NCBI RefSeq assembly: GCF_001194135.2
Contig: NC_068981.1
Coordinates: 134,459,182 to 134,523,181, forward strand
Source: Octopus bimaculoides
Lineage: Eukaryota
Direction: 5' to 3'
DNA: 64,000 bases
Shown: positions 11,943 to 25,028 of the stretch, one piece after another
How positions within the stretch are numbered: position 1 is the first letter of the stretch
Layout of the letters: every line of letters starts with the position of its first letter
Made by a program: the position numbers and the translations under genes
Notes under the pieces: model-generated
Seen by the model: the letters and a program-made list of their open reading frames with translations, nothing else
Told to the model about the DNA's origin: nothing
The model's database searches: none

Positions 11943-12434
11943 GATGATAGCCATCTCACATCCAACCTGATTGTTCTGATTTACTTTTATCCTTGCGTGT
12001 GTGTGGATATGCATTGCCATAGGGCTTTATAAAATACAAAATGGATCAAGAAATGAAATGATATTGAGACATTTATACTTCATTAGATTTAAGTGACAAA
12101 AGCTTGTATAACACTTGTCGCTTTTGGTCACCATCATAAGTTTCAGTGACAAGCATTGCAAGATGACTGCTACCATTTTGACTGGAAGTTTTATATCAGA
12201 GTATCTTTCTCCTAGAAGAGTTGCCTTCCCCACAGCTTTATCAAAAATAACAAGAGATTCCTGTCCCCCTTGGAAATCTATTTAACTTATAGATGGGACC
12301 CTGACAGATACTACTATTCTGGGTTAGAATGGATCTGGGAGTAATGTAATTAAGTGGTGCCCCATACTCCCCATAACTCTAGATCTTCTGAACTGGAGCC
12401 TTGCCATCAAATGCAGTTTGGTGTCATAGGTTCA

Positions 12435-12598
12435 AGCATAGCAGTGTGATTAAGAAGCTCACTTTGGAACCAAGTGGTTCCAGGTTCACTCCCAATGTGT
12501 GGCACCTTAAGCATGTGTCTTTTACTGTAGCCCCAGGCTGACCAATGTCTTGTGACTGAATTTAATAGTCAGAAACTGTGTAGAAGCCCATTTGTATA

Positions 12599-12630
<32 letters not shown>

Positions 12631-12850
12631 CATGCACATACTTTGGTGTGTGTCCTCCACCACTACTACTTGACAACCAGTGTTGGTTTGTTTACTTTGC
12701 TGTAACTTAGCAGTTTGGCAAAAGAGACAGATAGAATAAGTGTCAGACCTAAGAAATAAGTACTGGGGTTGATTTGCTCAACTAAACCCTTCAACACTGT
12801 GCTCCAGCATGGTTGTAGCTCAATGACTGAAATAAGTAAAAGATAAAAAT
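12435..12850 (+). mobile_element. Full-length SINE A1 (CR1-type tail)
   Basis: head, core, (TG)n, body, tail gtgctccagcatggttgtagctcaatgactgaaataagtaaaag. Confidence 0.8.
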
Positions 12851-13204
12851 ACACACACACATTTATAGAAAATTCTTTGATAATATCTGCTCTTTGTTTG
12901 TAAAGAAACTGAAACTGCTTTTGTCTTGTATAGTTTCAGAAAATTCTTTTGCTTAGATGATGGCATAAGCTGGGACCAAGCAAATTGAAAAAGGAGCTTA
13001 TTAGTATCAGTAATTTACATTGTTTTATATTCTTTGTTTGTTTTTCATAATGAATGGGTCTCATAGTATTTCACTACTTGTTATTCTTCTTTGTCATCTT
13101 GCACACAAAACGTCAAAGAAAATTGGCAGTTTTTTCCCCCTTTGTGTGTATTTCTTGTGTTTTGGCATAGATTTTCTTTTCATCTTTTATTATTATTATC
13201 ATGG

Positions 13205-13432
13205 TTAAGGTGACGAGCTGGCAGAATTGTTAGAATGCCTGGGCAAAATGTTTAGTAGTATTTTGTCTGCCACTACATTTTGAGTTCAAATTCCACCGAG
13301 GTCAACTTTGCCTTTCTTCCTTTCAGGGTCGATAAATTAAACACCAGTAAAACACTGGAGTTGATGTAATCAACTAGTCTCCTCCCGCCAAATTTCAAGC
13401 CTTGTGCATTTAGTAGAAAGGATTATTATTAT
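13205..13432 (+). mobile_element. SINE family B with (ATT)n tail
   Basis: ggtgacgagctggcagaattgttag...gtagaaaggattattatt. Confidence 0.85.
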
Positions 13433-14104
13433 TATGGTTAGGTACCTTTGTTTGTTGGCACCAGCTACATTGCAGTCTGGACCAGTTGCATTTTATCTTG
13501 TCACAAGTACTAAAGAAGTTGTCTGCATAACAGGACAAAAAGAGTAACCTTCCACCCTATATTAGTTTTTATTCAGAATATCTGTACTAGATGCGTTGCT
13601 GCAAGTAACTTGAAGAGTTTATACCTTTTTGATTCATTTGTATGAAAATACTAAATTGTTGCCACTTTTAAAATTTAAATTCAGTGTTTGTTTATTTTTT
13701 AATTTTTTTTATTTCTTTCAATAAATTAAAATTTCTATGATTTGCACCCAGACATCATTCAATATCTTAATTAAGCTTTATTGAGTTATTGTTTCATTAA
13801 ATCAGTAATCAAAAATTTTACTTATTAAATTATTTGTGTCATCCAAATGAAGATGGTTCACTTCAAGTTTCTTCCAAAATCAGTAACAAAAATGAAACTA
13901 CCTTTCCTGGAAATATTTTGCTGCATGGTTAAGGAATCCATTTTAGAATCCTGTAGTTTGGTTTTTGCTCTCACTTTGTTGATGCTGTCACTTGGTGCTC
14001 TCTACTTTAGCTGCATATTATTCAATACCTTGTGATTGAAATTTGTTAGATGGAAACTGAAACAAGTCTGTCATCTACATCATCATCATATTATCATCAT
14101 TATT

Positions 14105-14310
14105 AAAGTAGCTAGCTAGCAGAACTGTTAGCACATCAGACAAAATGCTAAGTGGGTTTTGCCCTTTTTTGTTTTCTGAGCTCAAATTCTGAAAAGGCCT
14201 GTTTTGCCTTTCATCCTTTTGGGGTCTATAAAATAAGTATCAGTCAAGTAATGGGATTGATGTAAATGTCTTCCTCCTCTCCTCATAAACTTCTGGCCCC
14301 CGTGCCAAAA
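14105..14310 (+). mobile_element. SINE family B (degraded)
   Basis: gctagctagcagaactgttagcac...ctgagctcaaattc. Confidence 0.7.
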
Positions 14311-14618
14311 TTTTATTATCATCATTCTTGTTTTAACTCCCACTTTTCCATGCATCCATGAGTCAGACGGAATTTGTTACTGTTTCTGATACCAACTGTC
14401 ACTAGTTTTCTAGCAAGGATTCATAGTCAGATGTTCAAACAACAATGCAACCACTGCTGATATATTTACTTGCTGTTTAAGCAATTCAAGTATACATGAT
14501 ACATTAAATATCTTACACACATCTGCATACAGCATTAAATAAAATAAATATTATTCAGTTTCAGTACAATGAATTGCTGACTGTTCAGCTATATTTTACT
14601 TATATTTTTTTTTTTCAG

Positions 14619-14680
14619 TTTATGTTATTATATGTCTATTGTTACATCATTTCATCTATACTATAATGCTTATTAATTAG
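14619..14680 (+). other. Candidate non-coding exon (62 nt)
   Basis: poly-T + cag acceptor, AG|GTATGT donor; every frame has a stop. Confidence 0.3.
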
Positions 14681-15224
14681 GTATGTAACAATTACTAAAA
14701 GTACTAAAAGAAAGCAAATATTAAAGGGTTGACCATCTGGAAATATTTTTATAAATTCATGTTCTAAGAAATTTCCTCTAATTTTGATTTTTCAAGTTCA
14801 TTGAATTTTCTAAACTCCAATTTCTCACAAATTTAAATATTCCCTGCATCCAATTCATCACAAATTTAAATATTCATTGCATTCACTGCAGAGTATTCCA
14901 TTTTCGTTTGCAAAGTCTCGCACTTTTTCTTTTAAGTTTTAATTCGCTATTAATGTATACATAATGTAAAAACATTATTTATTGAATGAAAATTTTTAAA
15001 AATACCTGTATAATTTTTGAACCTGGGATAGCTGTGAGAAGAGCCCAGAAAGTTGGGTAATTACTATTAGAAGATGAGGAGAAAAAAAAAGTGTACTCAA
15101 AACTTGCACCTTATTCACAGTTTCCAAACAAAACTTCAACAGTGACACACATACACACCAATACACACTCGCGTGCACACATAGATACACATACACACAA
15201 ATGAAAGCAATAAGCGTGTGTGTG

Positions 15225-15465
15225 TGCTGTTCACTGACAAAACTTCATGCTGCATTGCTTTTGTGAAATTTTATCAGTGAGCATGTTGCAGTTTCAAAGC
15301 GATGGAAATATTTTAGCACAAATGAAGTTTTAATGTTGAAGTGAAACTAAGAGGTTTTGTGTGTTCTTGAATGGTTTACAAACATCTTCCATGCTGCAAT
15401 TGGTTTTGTTTTAGCATACGATCTTAGATCAAGTCATTTTGCTATGCAAGTACATCTCCGTAATT
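15225..15465. mobile_element. Partial copy of the inverted-repeat element also at 53429-53671
   Basis: shared ttccatgctgcaattg...caagtacatctcc. Confidence 0.55.
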
Positions 15466-15469
15466 TTTT

Positions 15470-16664
15470 GAAATCACTGGATAAATGCCAGCAATGACTT
15501 TCTCAGGCTCTGAAATATTTTAATTTCTAAACAGAAACAATCGGGGTCAGGGAGAGGGGTTACAAAAAATTCATAATTTCTCAAATTTTCTTTTTTATAG
15601 CATATAAATGTATTTATGGAGAAAAAATATTGAAAAACATCAATACATGTGAGAGTAATAAAGAAACAAAGAGGGTTGTCTTTGGATGTGCTAGAAGCAA
15701 CAGCCAAATTGCTCTTAAATCACTTTTCCCTCTGAAAATATTAACAATTAAAAAAATTTTTTTTACCGAAAATGCTCTTCCCATGGGTTTGAAGAACAAA
15801 AAGAAAAATTGGCCAAAATAGGTCCAGAGTGAGATGGTGAGGGAGGGGGCTGTAAAAAAAAGAGTTTTCAAAACTTTTTTCATACAAAGATGCCCTGCCT
15901 CAACCCCATCATTTCAAAGGCTGTGGTTTAAAAAAAAAATAGGGAAAGTCCCACCAAAATTTTCCCCACAAATTTCTTTATAATCGTAATCTATGCTGTT
16001 TGAAGGGGATTTCTGTAAATTTTTATTAAAAGATACCCATCTCCCTGAAAGTTATGAAGGAAAAAAGTCAGATTGTGTGAATTTTCTGAAACTCTTCTCT
16101 CCACCCCTTCACACAAATTCTTTCCCATAAATCCCTATATACTCTGAAGCCACAACATCTAAGCAGTATTTGTACAAAGTTTTGTTAAAAAGTATCCATT
16201 TTTCTGGATGTTATGAGGCAACAAAGTCAGGGGCACATATACATCTGTAGTAATGCCCTTTAATTAATACGATTTATTCATTTCATGTTTATTTCATTCA
16301 TTGTTTGCAGTGTTCTCTTGTTCTCTCTCTCTCTCACACACACACACTGCAAAGCTTACAGATGGGCGTCTGAATTGAAATCTCTGTGTTGCTTTGACGG
16401 GAAGGTAAAACTTGACAAACTGCTTCTCCCTCTGTTGTTGGACAACCTTGATCTTTGTTTAAAAAAGAGAGATTATGACTGTGATAAAGTAATGAAAGCA
16501 ATATTTACTAAGTAAGTGAGCACTATTATACAAAGAGATAATTAGACGTAAAATATAACAATTATTAGAAATGGGAATCAAATGTGAAAATATTATCATG
16601 TGGCTAGCAGAAAACCACTCGGAGGGCGGTCTTTCTGCTAATCCTAACGTCTATTTTAAGAGAT
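15470..16664. mobile_element. Possible Helitron/Helentron-like non-autonomous repeat(s) ending in a hairpin
   Basis: hairpin tagcagaaaacc...ggtctttctgcta at 16605-16640 shortly before ...aagagat; classification inferred. Confidence 0.3.
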
Positions 16665-16931
16665 GCCAATGTAGCCATTGACAAAAATTAAAGAGAACAT
16701 TCCTTAAAACATTAATTATACTTTAAATCCATAGCAGTTTTATTTTTGTTTTTTCTAATATGGAAATATCTTAAACTTCTCAGATGATTTTTATTAGTTT
16801 TGTTTGCATTGTTCATATTTCTTTATTTGTATTTTTTGCTTTGGTTTTAAAACTTGGCTGGAAAAATGGGTTGGCTAAAAATACCCTTGAGGTATGAAGC
16901 AACTAACAGCAGATGATTCTCTACAACTTAC

Positions 16932-17084
16932 AATGGCTGTTAACTGGACTTCTTTGGTCTTCATTTCGTGGAGGCCTCTTTTACAAGCAGTCATTTTAAA
17001 TTCAAAGCATTTTAATTTTCTTGCAACAGATGAAGCAGAAAATCTATTTCTAGAGATTTTTAGATTAAATTTTGAAAATATTAA
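16932..17084 (-). CDS. Candidate internal exon, 51 codons (LIFSKFNLKISRNRFSASSVARKLKCFEFKMTACKRGLHEMKTKEVQLTAI)
   Basis: ttttcag acceptor, GTAAGT donor, phase 0-0 and open; no homology recognised. Confidence 0.2.
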
Positions 17085-17444
17085 CTGAAAAAGATCTTAA
17101 GAAATATTTCACATTACCCTTTAAATATAGCATTTTAAGAATATTTTCAATGTCATCAGTTGAGAATATATTCTTCCTCAGGTTACCTAGATACATTTTG
17201 GGGGTTATTTTTTGTTTTTTATATTTTGTAAAATAGAAATTTGATTATCATAAAATATATCTAAGTAAAAATCATAAAATTTATTTCTAAATTACTATTG
17301 ATTTTAAGATTATCTCAATATGAATCTTAAATGTTCTTTTTGTTTTATATTTGAATGGATTGTATATAGGTCAGATTTTTTTAGTACAGATCATGTGACT
17401 TGTTTACTCTTATAATCAAAACACTGTATACAGTGTTTTGATAA

Positions 17445-17760
17445 TGTCTGCTTTCCATACTGGCATGGGTTGGATGGATCATTATGGTCAGTCAACATGC
17501 CTTCAGAAGTACTGCTCACCTAGATGGGCCATGAAACCTCATCTCACTCACATTTAATTTTTTATGAGGTTTCTACAGTCTGATGCCCTTCTTAACACCA
17601 ACCACTTTACAAAGTCTATTGGGTAATTTTTTTTCATAGCACCAGCACTAGAGAGGTGTTATGTCCTCAACAAAACTAAAAAGCTCTCAACACCCTCATG
17701 CTTTATAGGGAGTTCTAAGTGTATTTTTCACGACACAACATTAAAGAGATAGCCACGTCC
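17445..17760 (-). mobile_element. Degraded RTE-tail repeat
   Basis: aatgtctgctttccatactggcatgggttggatgg...gatgcccttcttaacaccaaccac. Confidence 0.6.
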
Positions 17761-18737
17761 TCAATGCATCTAAAATAAAAGTACTGTGTACAGAAACAAG
17801 TTGTCACCATCATCATCACCATCATTGATTTCTCAACCCCTTGTCTCTGCCACTCTCTTCACAGTGAGAGTTACGAGTGATAGAGGCTTGACATATGTGT
17901 GTATCTATAATTATACATATATACTGTAGTTAAATTTTTCATGTTAATTTAATTCCTCTCTTGAGACGAGATGATTTTATAAAATTCTAACAGTGATTAT
18001 TAGTGTACTTCAGTTATACTTATCTGGCAGGATAATGTAGTCAAAGCAGGTAAACTAAAAGTCTAGTCTATCATTATACAAATGGTTAATAGCAGTAGAG
18101 TGGCAGAATTATTAGAGTGCCAGATGAAGTACCTTGTGGTATTTAGTTGTGGTCCTTATTCTATGTTCAAATCCAGCTCAGGTAATTTTTGCCTTTCATT
18201 CGTCTAGAGATGATAATATAAAGTTCCAAGTTTTTCACAAAACCTTGGTAGAATCCACTTCTATTAGCAAGGAATCAAAAGACCTTAAAACAATGATAAT
18301 ATATACTATTCTTTGTTTCTTTCTTGCCACCACCCCCACCCCACCTCTCTCATTATTCATACTTATAACATAATTTCTTCTGTCATGGCCCAAACGATTT
18401 ATAACTGACTTTTACTTCTTAGTAAATATATATACTTGAAAAAAAGTTTACTTTGAATTCAGATACTTTAGTATACTATAACTGATAATGAAAAAGTTGG
18501 TTACAACACTTGAATGAGAAGATAGATATTAAATAAATTGTTGATTTCTTTTTGGGAAAGCTCCTTTAATATTGAAATTAATTGATTCATCTTTAGCTAT
18601 CACATCTAAATCACTTATGACCTACACTTAGTGACTCATTCATTCACCTATCATTATATCAATTGGTTTAAAAAAAAGAAATTTATTCAGTTACAATATT
18701 TCAAGGAGAAAGCTTAGTGGTTTAATGGTATAGTGCT

Positions 18738-18738
18738 G

Positions 18739-18806
<68 letters not shown>

Positions 18807-18872
18807 TTAACATTCATTGTCCATGCTGGCATGGGTTGGATGGTTTGACCAGGGCTAGCAAGCTGGAAGGCT
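18738..18872 (-). mobile_element. RTE-tail fragment with expanded (CAT)n
   Basis: long (cat)n then ttaacattcattgtccatgctggcatgggttgg. Confidence 0.8.
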
Positions 18873-19900
18873 CCTACTTCGAAATGTTTTGTTGCCTTTT
18901 CTGTATTTCCTTTAAATATATTTTTTCCAGGCAATAATTTATTGAAGTCAATTTTATTTTTCGCATGAACATTAACTCTGCTGGAGACTTTCCTGAACTG
19001 GTATTCAGATTGGGTGCTACTCCATATACCTTGAAGAATTTCATCAGTACTTCATCATTTCCTGTATCATTCCTTGCTTTTTTTAACACTCACTTGAACA
19101 TATCAACGAATCTTTCTATCTGCCCGTTTCACCTCGGATGGTAGTGTGGGGTAAAAATATGCTTTATTGCATGTATTTTGCAGAAATTTTTGAATTCACT
19201 ACCTGTAAGTTGTATTCCATTATCTGATACCAATGTGTCTAGCACACCGTATTGGGCAAATAATTCATACAGGAACTTTATTGTTGTCTTTGTGGTTAGT
19301 TTATTGCACCTGCATACCTCTGGCTACTTTGTACCACTATCAACAACAATTAGATAGTATGCACCATTTCACTGGTCCAGCATAGTCAATATGTACCCTG
19401 GGCCACAACCTATCCATCTCAGGCCATGATTCGTATTTCAGTGGTGGTGCTTTGGCTGCTAGCGTACAACCTCTACATGCTTTTACACAATTTTTAATGT
19501 CCCAGTCCATTGTTGGCCAATATACATAGCTCCTTTCATTCTCAACATTCCCAGATGCAATACTCGTTTCTTATTTCTTTATTGCCCAAAAGGAGCTAAA
19601 TATAGAGGGGACAAACAAGGACAAAGGGATTAAGTTGATAAGATCGACCCCAGTGTGTAACTGGTACTTAATTTATCGACCCCGAAAGGACGAAAGGCAA
19701 AGTCGACCTCGGCGGAATTTGAACTCAGAACGTAACGGCAGACGAAATACCGCTAAGCATTTCGCCCAGCATGCTAACGATTCTGCCAGCTCGCCACCTT
19801 AGTTTCTCGTTTCTGTAGTGCAGTTGGTACTGCCACTGTTTTCACATACATTAAAACATTGTCACATAGTGAAAAATTATGAATTTGTATTTTTATTTTG
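18873..19900 (-). pseudogene. Gypsy integrase (zinc-binding and rve core), disrupted and split by a SINE
   Basis: FSLCDNVLMY..VPTALQKR / LHLGMLRMK / YVYWP / HIDYAGP / SDNG / KSPAELMF. Confidence 0.85.
19572..19800 (-). mobile_element. Young SINE family B inserted into the Gypsy integrase
   Basis: CpGs retained; ctcgtttct repeated at 19563-19571 and 19806-19814 (probable TSD). Confidence 0.9.
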
Positions 19901-20039
19901 CTTATTTTTCAACATTTGTTTCATTCTTGTAACCCTCTGCGGATTTCATTTTTATATCATGTGCTGCCACTGACAGTTCATGAAAAACATTACACATAAC
20001 GTTTTTAATTACTCTTTTCTTCAATTCACCTGTTGAGTT

Positions 20040-21139
20040 CTTTTCACTGGTGGAGCAGCCATTTAATTTTTTACAGTACCGGCTTAATGGGAGATCCCAT
20101 TTCTTCCACATGTCAATGTTAATGATTGAAATGTCACTACCAGTATCCAGTTGTAATTTAATATTTACTCCGTTTACTTTTATGTGTACAAATTTCCTTA
20201 TTTGGGAGTCAATTTTACTTGCTGCTGAGAGCCCTTTAGAATTTTTTACATTTGACCTTCATAATTTTGTTCTGCAGTAAGAATTTTTGAATACTGTAAC
20301 ATTTTTAGCTTTTAAAAGGACTATCTTTTCCGAAATGTAGGCCTCCACATCTGTAAGATGGATTAGGACCTAGCAATTTTCTTTGGTTATACTTTCTTGA
20401 TCGACATATCTGTATTTTTGCAAAATCCTTTTCTTGAATTTTTCTTACATTGTGTTTCAGTTTTACCATCCCTTGACACTCTTCTGCAACAGTCTGCAGG
20501 ATTAAATTTTGGTTTGTTAGTTCAAGTTTTGAAAGAATTCTTACTTGTATTTCTGTATCTTCATTTGTTGTAAGGTCTCGTACAAAAGTGAGGCACTTAA
20601 ACATCTCAGGAATTAGTTTCTTCTGTTTAAAACTTTCACACAAACTGTTCCTGCATATGTAATAAAGTCACCATCCTCTTTTTTAGTTAAATTTTAACAC
20701 TCCATTCAAGTGTTAAATAGAAAAGCTTTATCACCGAACATGTTAGACAATAATTTCATTGTTTCCTGAAAACAAATTTCACTGGACTGTTTGGGCAATA
20801 TGAAATTACAGTATCGTTCATGCTCAGACAGAGCTAATTTACGTAATAATAACCTTACTTTTTCTTCATCCAGCCATGTCTTGAAATCTTCCTTTAAAAT
20901 CTCTTCATACCTCAGTAGTATGCAAAAGTTATATTCTCCTCTGGGTTAAAACTGAATTCTATTATGGAGCTTGATACACCATCTGGCAAAAATAAACTTA
21001 CCGCATTTTCAGACACCTTTGCATATAACTCCAATAATTGTTGTTATTGTAGTTGTTGCTGTACTAGTTGCTTCTGCAACTCCTGTTATTGTTCTTGTTG
21101 CTTTTGCTACTGTATTATAGAAGCTAATCGGTCTTCCAT
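20040..21139 (-). pseudogene. Gypsy gag and aspartic protease, disrupted
   Basis: MEDRLASIIQ..Q-rich N-terminus with CAR>TAR stops; ORF 20305-20643; IKVNGVNIKLQLDTGSDISII. Confidence 0.8.
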
Positions 21140-21209
21140 AATTTAGCAAGTTGTATCATGAACAAATTGTTAAATAACCTATGTGAGCTTCGGAACCCTC
21201 ATCACCAAA

Positions 21210-21524
21210 TGTTGTATCCTCCATCTCCATCTCCAAATGTCATGGTACCATCACGATATTGTGATGGATGGTTTAGATACATTGTAACCAGTGTTGTAAC
21301 AGTAAACAAGATAATGATGCAGCTGTAATAACAACATAACGATCCAACAATCTCTTCACGGACCAACAATCAATATTCCAAATGAACTAATCAACCAACA
21401 CCTTCTGACTTCATTGCAAACTCAACTCAAACTAACACACAAATTTTACTCCAACCGTTACTATTTACAATTGCCCGGTCCGGTCTATTTCTCACAAGGA
21501 GGTGTCATGACTCTCATCACAACA
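21210..21524 (-). repeat. 5' LTR of the Gypsy remnant (315 bp)
   Basis: TGTTG...CAACA termini followed by PBS-like tttggtgatgagg and the gag ATG at 21139. Confidence 0.7.
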
Positions 21525-21804
21525 CTTATACACCATGGTAACCAGGTAAGGCTCTGGCCTTATGAGTCCTAGGGATCACAACAAACCTAAATGGGTTTCA
21601 TGATGTTAAGCTCTCCATATAAATCTTGGCATTTCATTACATGCAAACTAAAAATATAAATCGGTGTGCTGATTTTGTCAGTTGCTTTTTAGCATTCACT
21701 TTGTTTTAACCCTTTGATGCCATACTTCTAATGAAATACACAGCAGTTGTTTCAATTAATTTTGAAAACAATGAAACATTTAGTAAAATAACTTTGCCAT
21801 TATT

Positions 21805-22005
21805 AGAATGGCAGAAATGTAAGCACATCAGGTGAAATACTGAGCAGTATTTTGTCTGTCTTGATGTTCTAAGTTCAAATTCCACCAAGGTCGACTTTGC
21901 TTTTCATCCTTTCATGGTTGATAAATTAAGTACCAGTTGCGTACTGGTTTGATCTAATCAACCAAAAATTCTGGGCCCTGTGCCTAGAGTAGAAAAGATT
22001 ATTAG
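21805..22005 (+). mobile_element. SINE family B
   Basis: tggcagaaatgtaagcac...ccaaggtcgactttgc...gtagaaaagattatta. Confidence 0.8.
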
Positions 22006-23194
22006 AAATTTTAATGGCAGGTTTGGATTTAGATCAGTTTAAAGCAAGAAATTGATATCATTGAACTAGAGCAGTCTCAGACATGTTGGTGTCAAAAGAT
22101 AATCAACTGCAATAACTTTGTTTCGTTGTTTTTTTTTCCCCCTTGGAATACCACTTTAATATTAATTATTTTGATATATTTTCCTTAGTTGCACCAAACT
22201 CTGAAAGGCATTGGTGCAATCTCGAGACTATAATTTCATTAAATATATTTGCACCAAACCCTCGTATGTATTTTGACTACTTTCCATTTTACAAAATTTT
22301 CTTAAATTCTTTAAAACTCAAATTAAATAGAATTTCTCACTTATCACTGTTATTTACTTTTCCAATTATACCTTAGTGTGATATAAAAGAAAAGAAATAA
22401 GTTGTAAACAAAAGCAACAGTTAAGCTTCATTTAAAAAATCTGACATGATTAATTCTAAATAAGTTGAAAATTCAATTTATATTTTTAAATGTTTTTGTT
22501 TTTTACTTCTTTTGTTTGAGAATGAATGATGAAGCAACCACTTCCTTTCTCAGTTTCTGTCTTTTGTGGTTTTCCCTTGAAAAGAACTGGGCGGAGTCAT
22601 AATAGAGGAGTCTTTAACTTTGTTTTCTCTTATTCATGACAGCTATTGATTGTATGCTTCCAGCCAAATATGTCTCTCTTTCCTCCGCACCATTACCTTT
22701 TTGTTTGTTTCTTTTTATTTTTACTCTCCTTTTCCCCTCTCTCTTCTCTTATACACATGTTGTCAATTCTCTTGGTAAAATATGCTGGATGTAGTCATGT
22801 AAGAAAAATTACTAACTATTGTTTCTTGTCGAAAAATATATCTTAAATATAATGTATTTGGTGTTCTCTTCTGAAGAAATTACAACAGTCACTACCATTG
22901 GAAAACTGATAATTTTTTCATTGACTTTATTATCTCTAAAGTTGTTTTCTATTTTTTAATTGACCAATATCTTTGAAATTGCATCTTTTATTTTCAGTTA
23001 GTTCAATTACTCTTCATCATTTCTGTTATATTTTTACCAGTTTACTCTCACTATTTTGATGTAAACTTAATACCTTGAACTTGTGGTTGAGTTAGAATTT
23101 AAATTATAAGGATAGAAGCAACAGTCAGCACTTAGTTTCAAATTGATATTTTCCATTTTTAAAATTTTTTTATGTGTTTTAGTTTTCAGTGTAG

Positions 23195-23560
23195 CCATGC
23201 TGGAGCACTGCCTTGATGAGTTTAGTTAAAGAAATCAATGCTTGGGCTTTTTATTTTTGGTTTTGAAGGTTGGTACTTATTCTGTTGGGGTTCTTTTGCC
23301 AAATTTCTAAGTTATCAGGGGCATAAACAAACCAAATGGTGAGTAGGGAGACAAACACTAATGCAAAAATGTACACTCACACACATATAATATATATGAT
23401 GGGCTTCCTTACAGTTTCTATCTACCAAATTCACTCACAATGCATTGGCCATGCTGGGGCTCTAATAGAAGACATTTACCTAAGGTGCTGTGCAGTGGAA
23501 CTGAACCTGAAACCACATGGTTACAAAGCAGACTTCTTAACCACATAACCATACCTGTGC
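23195..23560 (-). mobile_element. SINE A1, near full length
   Basis: gccatgctggagcactgcc ... aaccacataaccatacctgtgcc. Confidence 0.75.
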
Positions 23561-24074
23561 CTATACTGGTAATATTAATCTTCAAATACAAAATGAACTT
23601 TGAGTAGAAATATTGATTTCTGTTGGGGATATGTAGATGTAATTAGATGCTAACAACAATCTGTTACTATGAGAAAAAAATATTTATCAGTACGATATAT
23701 TAACCATGTCCCAAAGTTTTCCTTCCTATTGGTTTGGCTTGGAGGAAAGGGCTGTATCCACAGCTTTCAGGAACCCTCTGAGACTGGTGATATCAATGTA
23801 GCTGGTATCTCATTTGAATGGCTGCCGATTGACAGCTTCAGGAAAAACATAGGTAGGAGTAGGGAATTCCAGAGGAGAAAGGACTGGTTGAAAAGTTTAT
23901 GTGAGACCTAATGGGTGGACACATTTCATGTGAGGAGAGGAAGTGATACAAACAAATCAGGTGTACCTAGTTGGAAATGATACAAGACTAGATAGCTTCA
24001 AGGTCTAGAGACCATTGCAGTAGCAAACTCAAGAGCTGCTTCAGTTGGCTCAGATTCTAGCTATATCAGTACTA

Positions 24075-24215
24075 CCAAATTCACTTACAAGCCATTGGTT
24101 GGCTGGTGGAAGCTATAGTAGAGACACTTGTCCAAGGAAGGTGCCGCACAATATGGCTGAATCCAAAACCATGTGGTTGCAAACCAAACTTCTAAACCAT
24201 ACAGCCCCACCTGTA
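24075..24215 (-). mobile_element. SINE family A head and core
   Basis: ctaccaaattcacttacaagcc...aaaccatacagcccc. Confidence 0.7.
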
Positions 24216-24588
24216 TAATAGAAGGTTTTGCATAGAGATATAATATATGTTTGACAGGGTGTATAGCAACAACTCGATGGTGTCCATTATTTTCTTTTCT
24301 TGCAATAATTGTAAGCATTCACCACTTACAGTTTCGAGAAATAAATAACTCTCACCATTGGTACCAATGCAATTTTCTGACTGGAATTTTTTTCTTTTGC
24401 ACTTCATTTTTCTTTTCCTTTCCATTTTTTTTGTTTGTTTTTTTTTCTTCTTCCCAAGTTTCATAAGAGATTATTAACTTTCACATTCTACTTTCTTAAT
24501 ACTAAGTTTTTGAAAAAGATTCCCAAAAGCTTTATTTTGTGTTCCTGCTTTGGATCACTGCTCACGAAATTTGTAATTCTCTCTTTCC

Positions 24589-24589
24589 A

Positions 24590-24663
<74 letters not shown>

Positions 24664-24700
24664 ACTCTCTCTCCCTTTTTCCTTTTCTCCCTCTCTCCCT
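24589..24700. repeat. (CT)n microsatellite
   Basis: direct inspection. Confidence 0.95.
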
Positions 24701-24975
24701 CTTTCTCACTCTCTATGCAGCCAGCTTTTGACATCGTATTAATATCCTTTAAATTACTCTGAATAATGTTGTCAAGTTGTGAATATATTGAGCAAATATC
24801 AAAGACTCTTGACTTGATATTACCATTTCCCCATACACTAAGTGGGACACATTATAACAGCTGTGGTAATGATTTTTATTTTGTTTGTCTTATTTATTTA
24901 CATAATTTTTTATTTTCTATACAGACAGCTTTAGTTAACTGACTGGAATCCAACTCACAAATTTTCCTTTTTCAG

Positions 24976-25028
24976 TACCAACTGAAAGATCAATAATATG
25001 AACCACAAACATCACAAACAGAATTTTG
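24976..25028 (+). other. Candidate exon with an internal ATG (MNHKHHKQNF...)
   Basis: ttttcctttttcag acceptor, TG|GTGAAT donor, ATG at 24998. Confidence 0.2.

Larger units (their letters stand above)
18873..21524 (-). mobile_element. Ty3/Gypsy LTR retrotransposon remnant: 5' LTR-gag-protease-(RT/RNase H missing)-integrase
   Basis: gag RYEEIFKEDF...YCNFILPK and decayed Zn knuckle; protease LDTGSD at 20136-20150; integrase SYVYWPTMD..CRGC, RVHIDYAGP, LVSDNG, ERFVD; stops and frameshifts. Confidence 0.9.

Noticed and set aside
20964-21146. Cys-rich plus-strand ORF
   Set aside because: Antisense reading of the (CAA)-rich Gypsy gag N-terminus.
22587-22600. GC box (gggcggagt) as a promoter
   Set aside because: A single motif with no CpG island or supported transcript.
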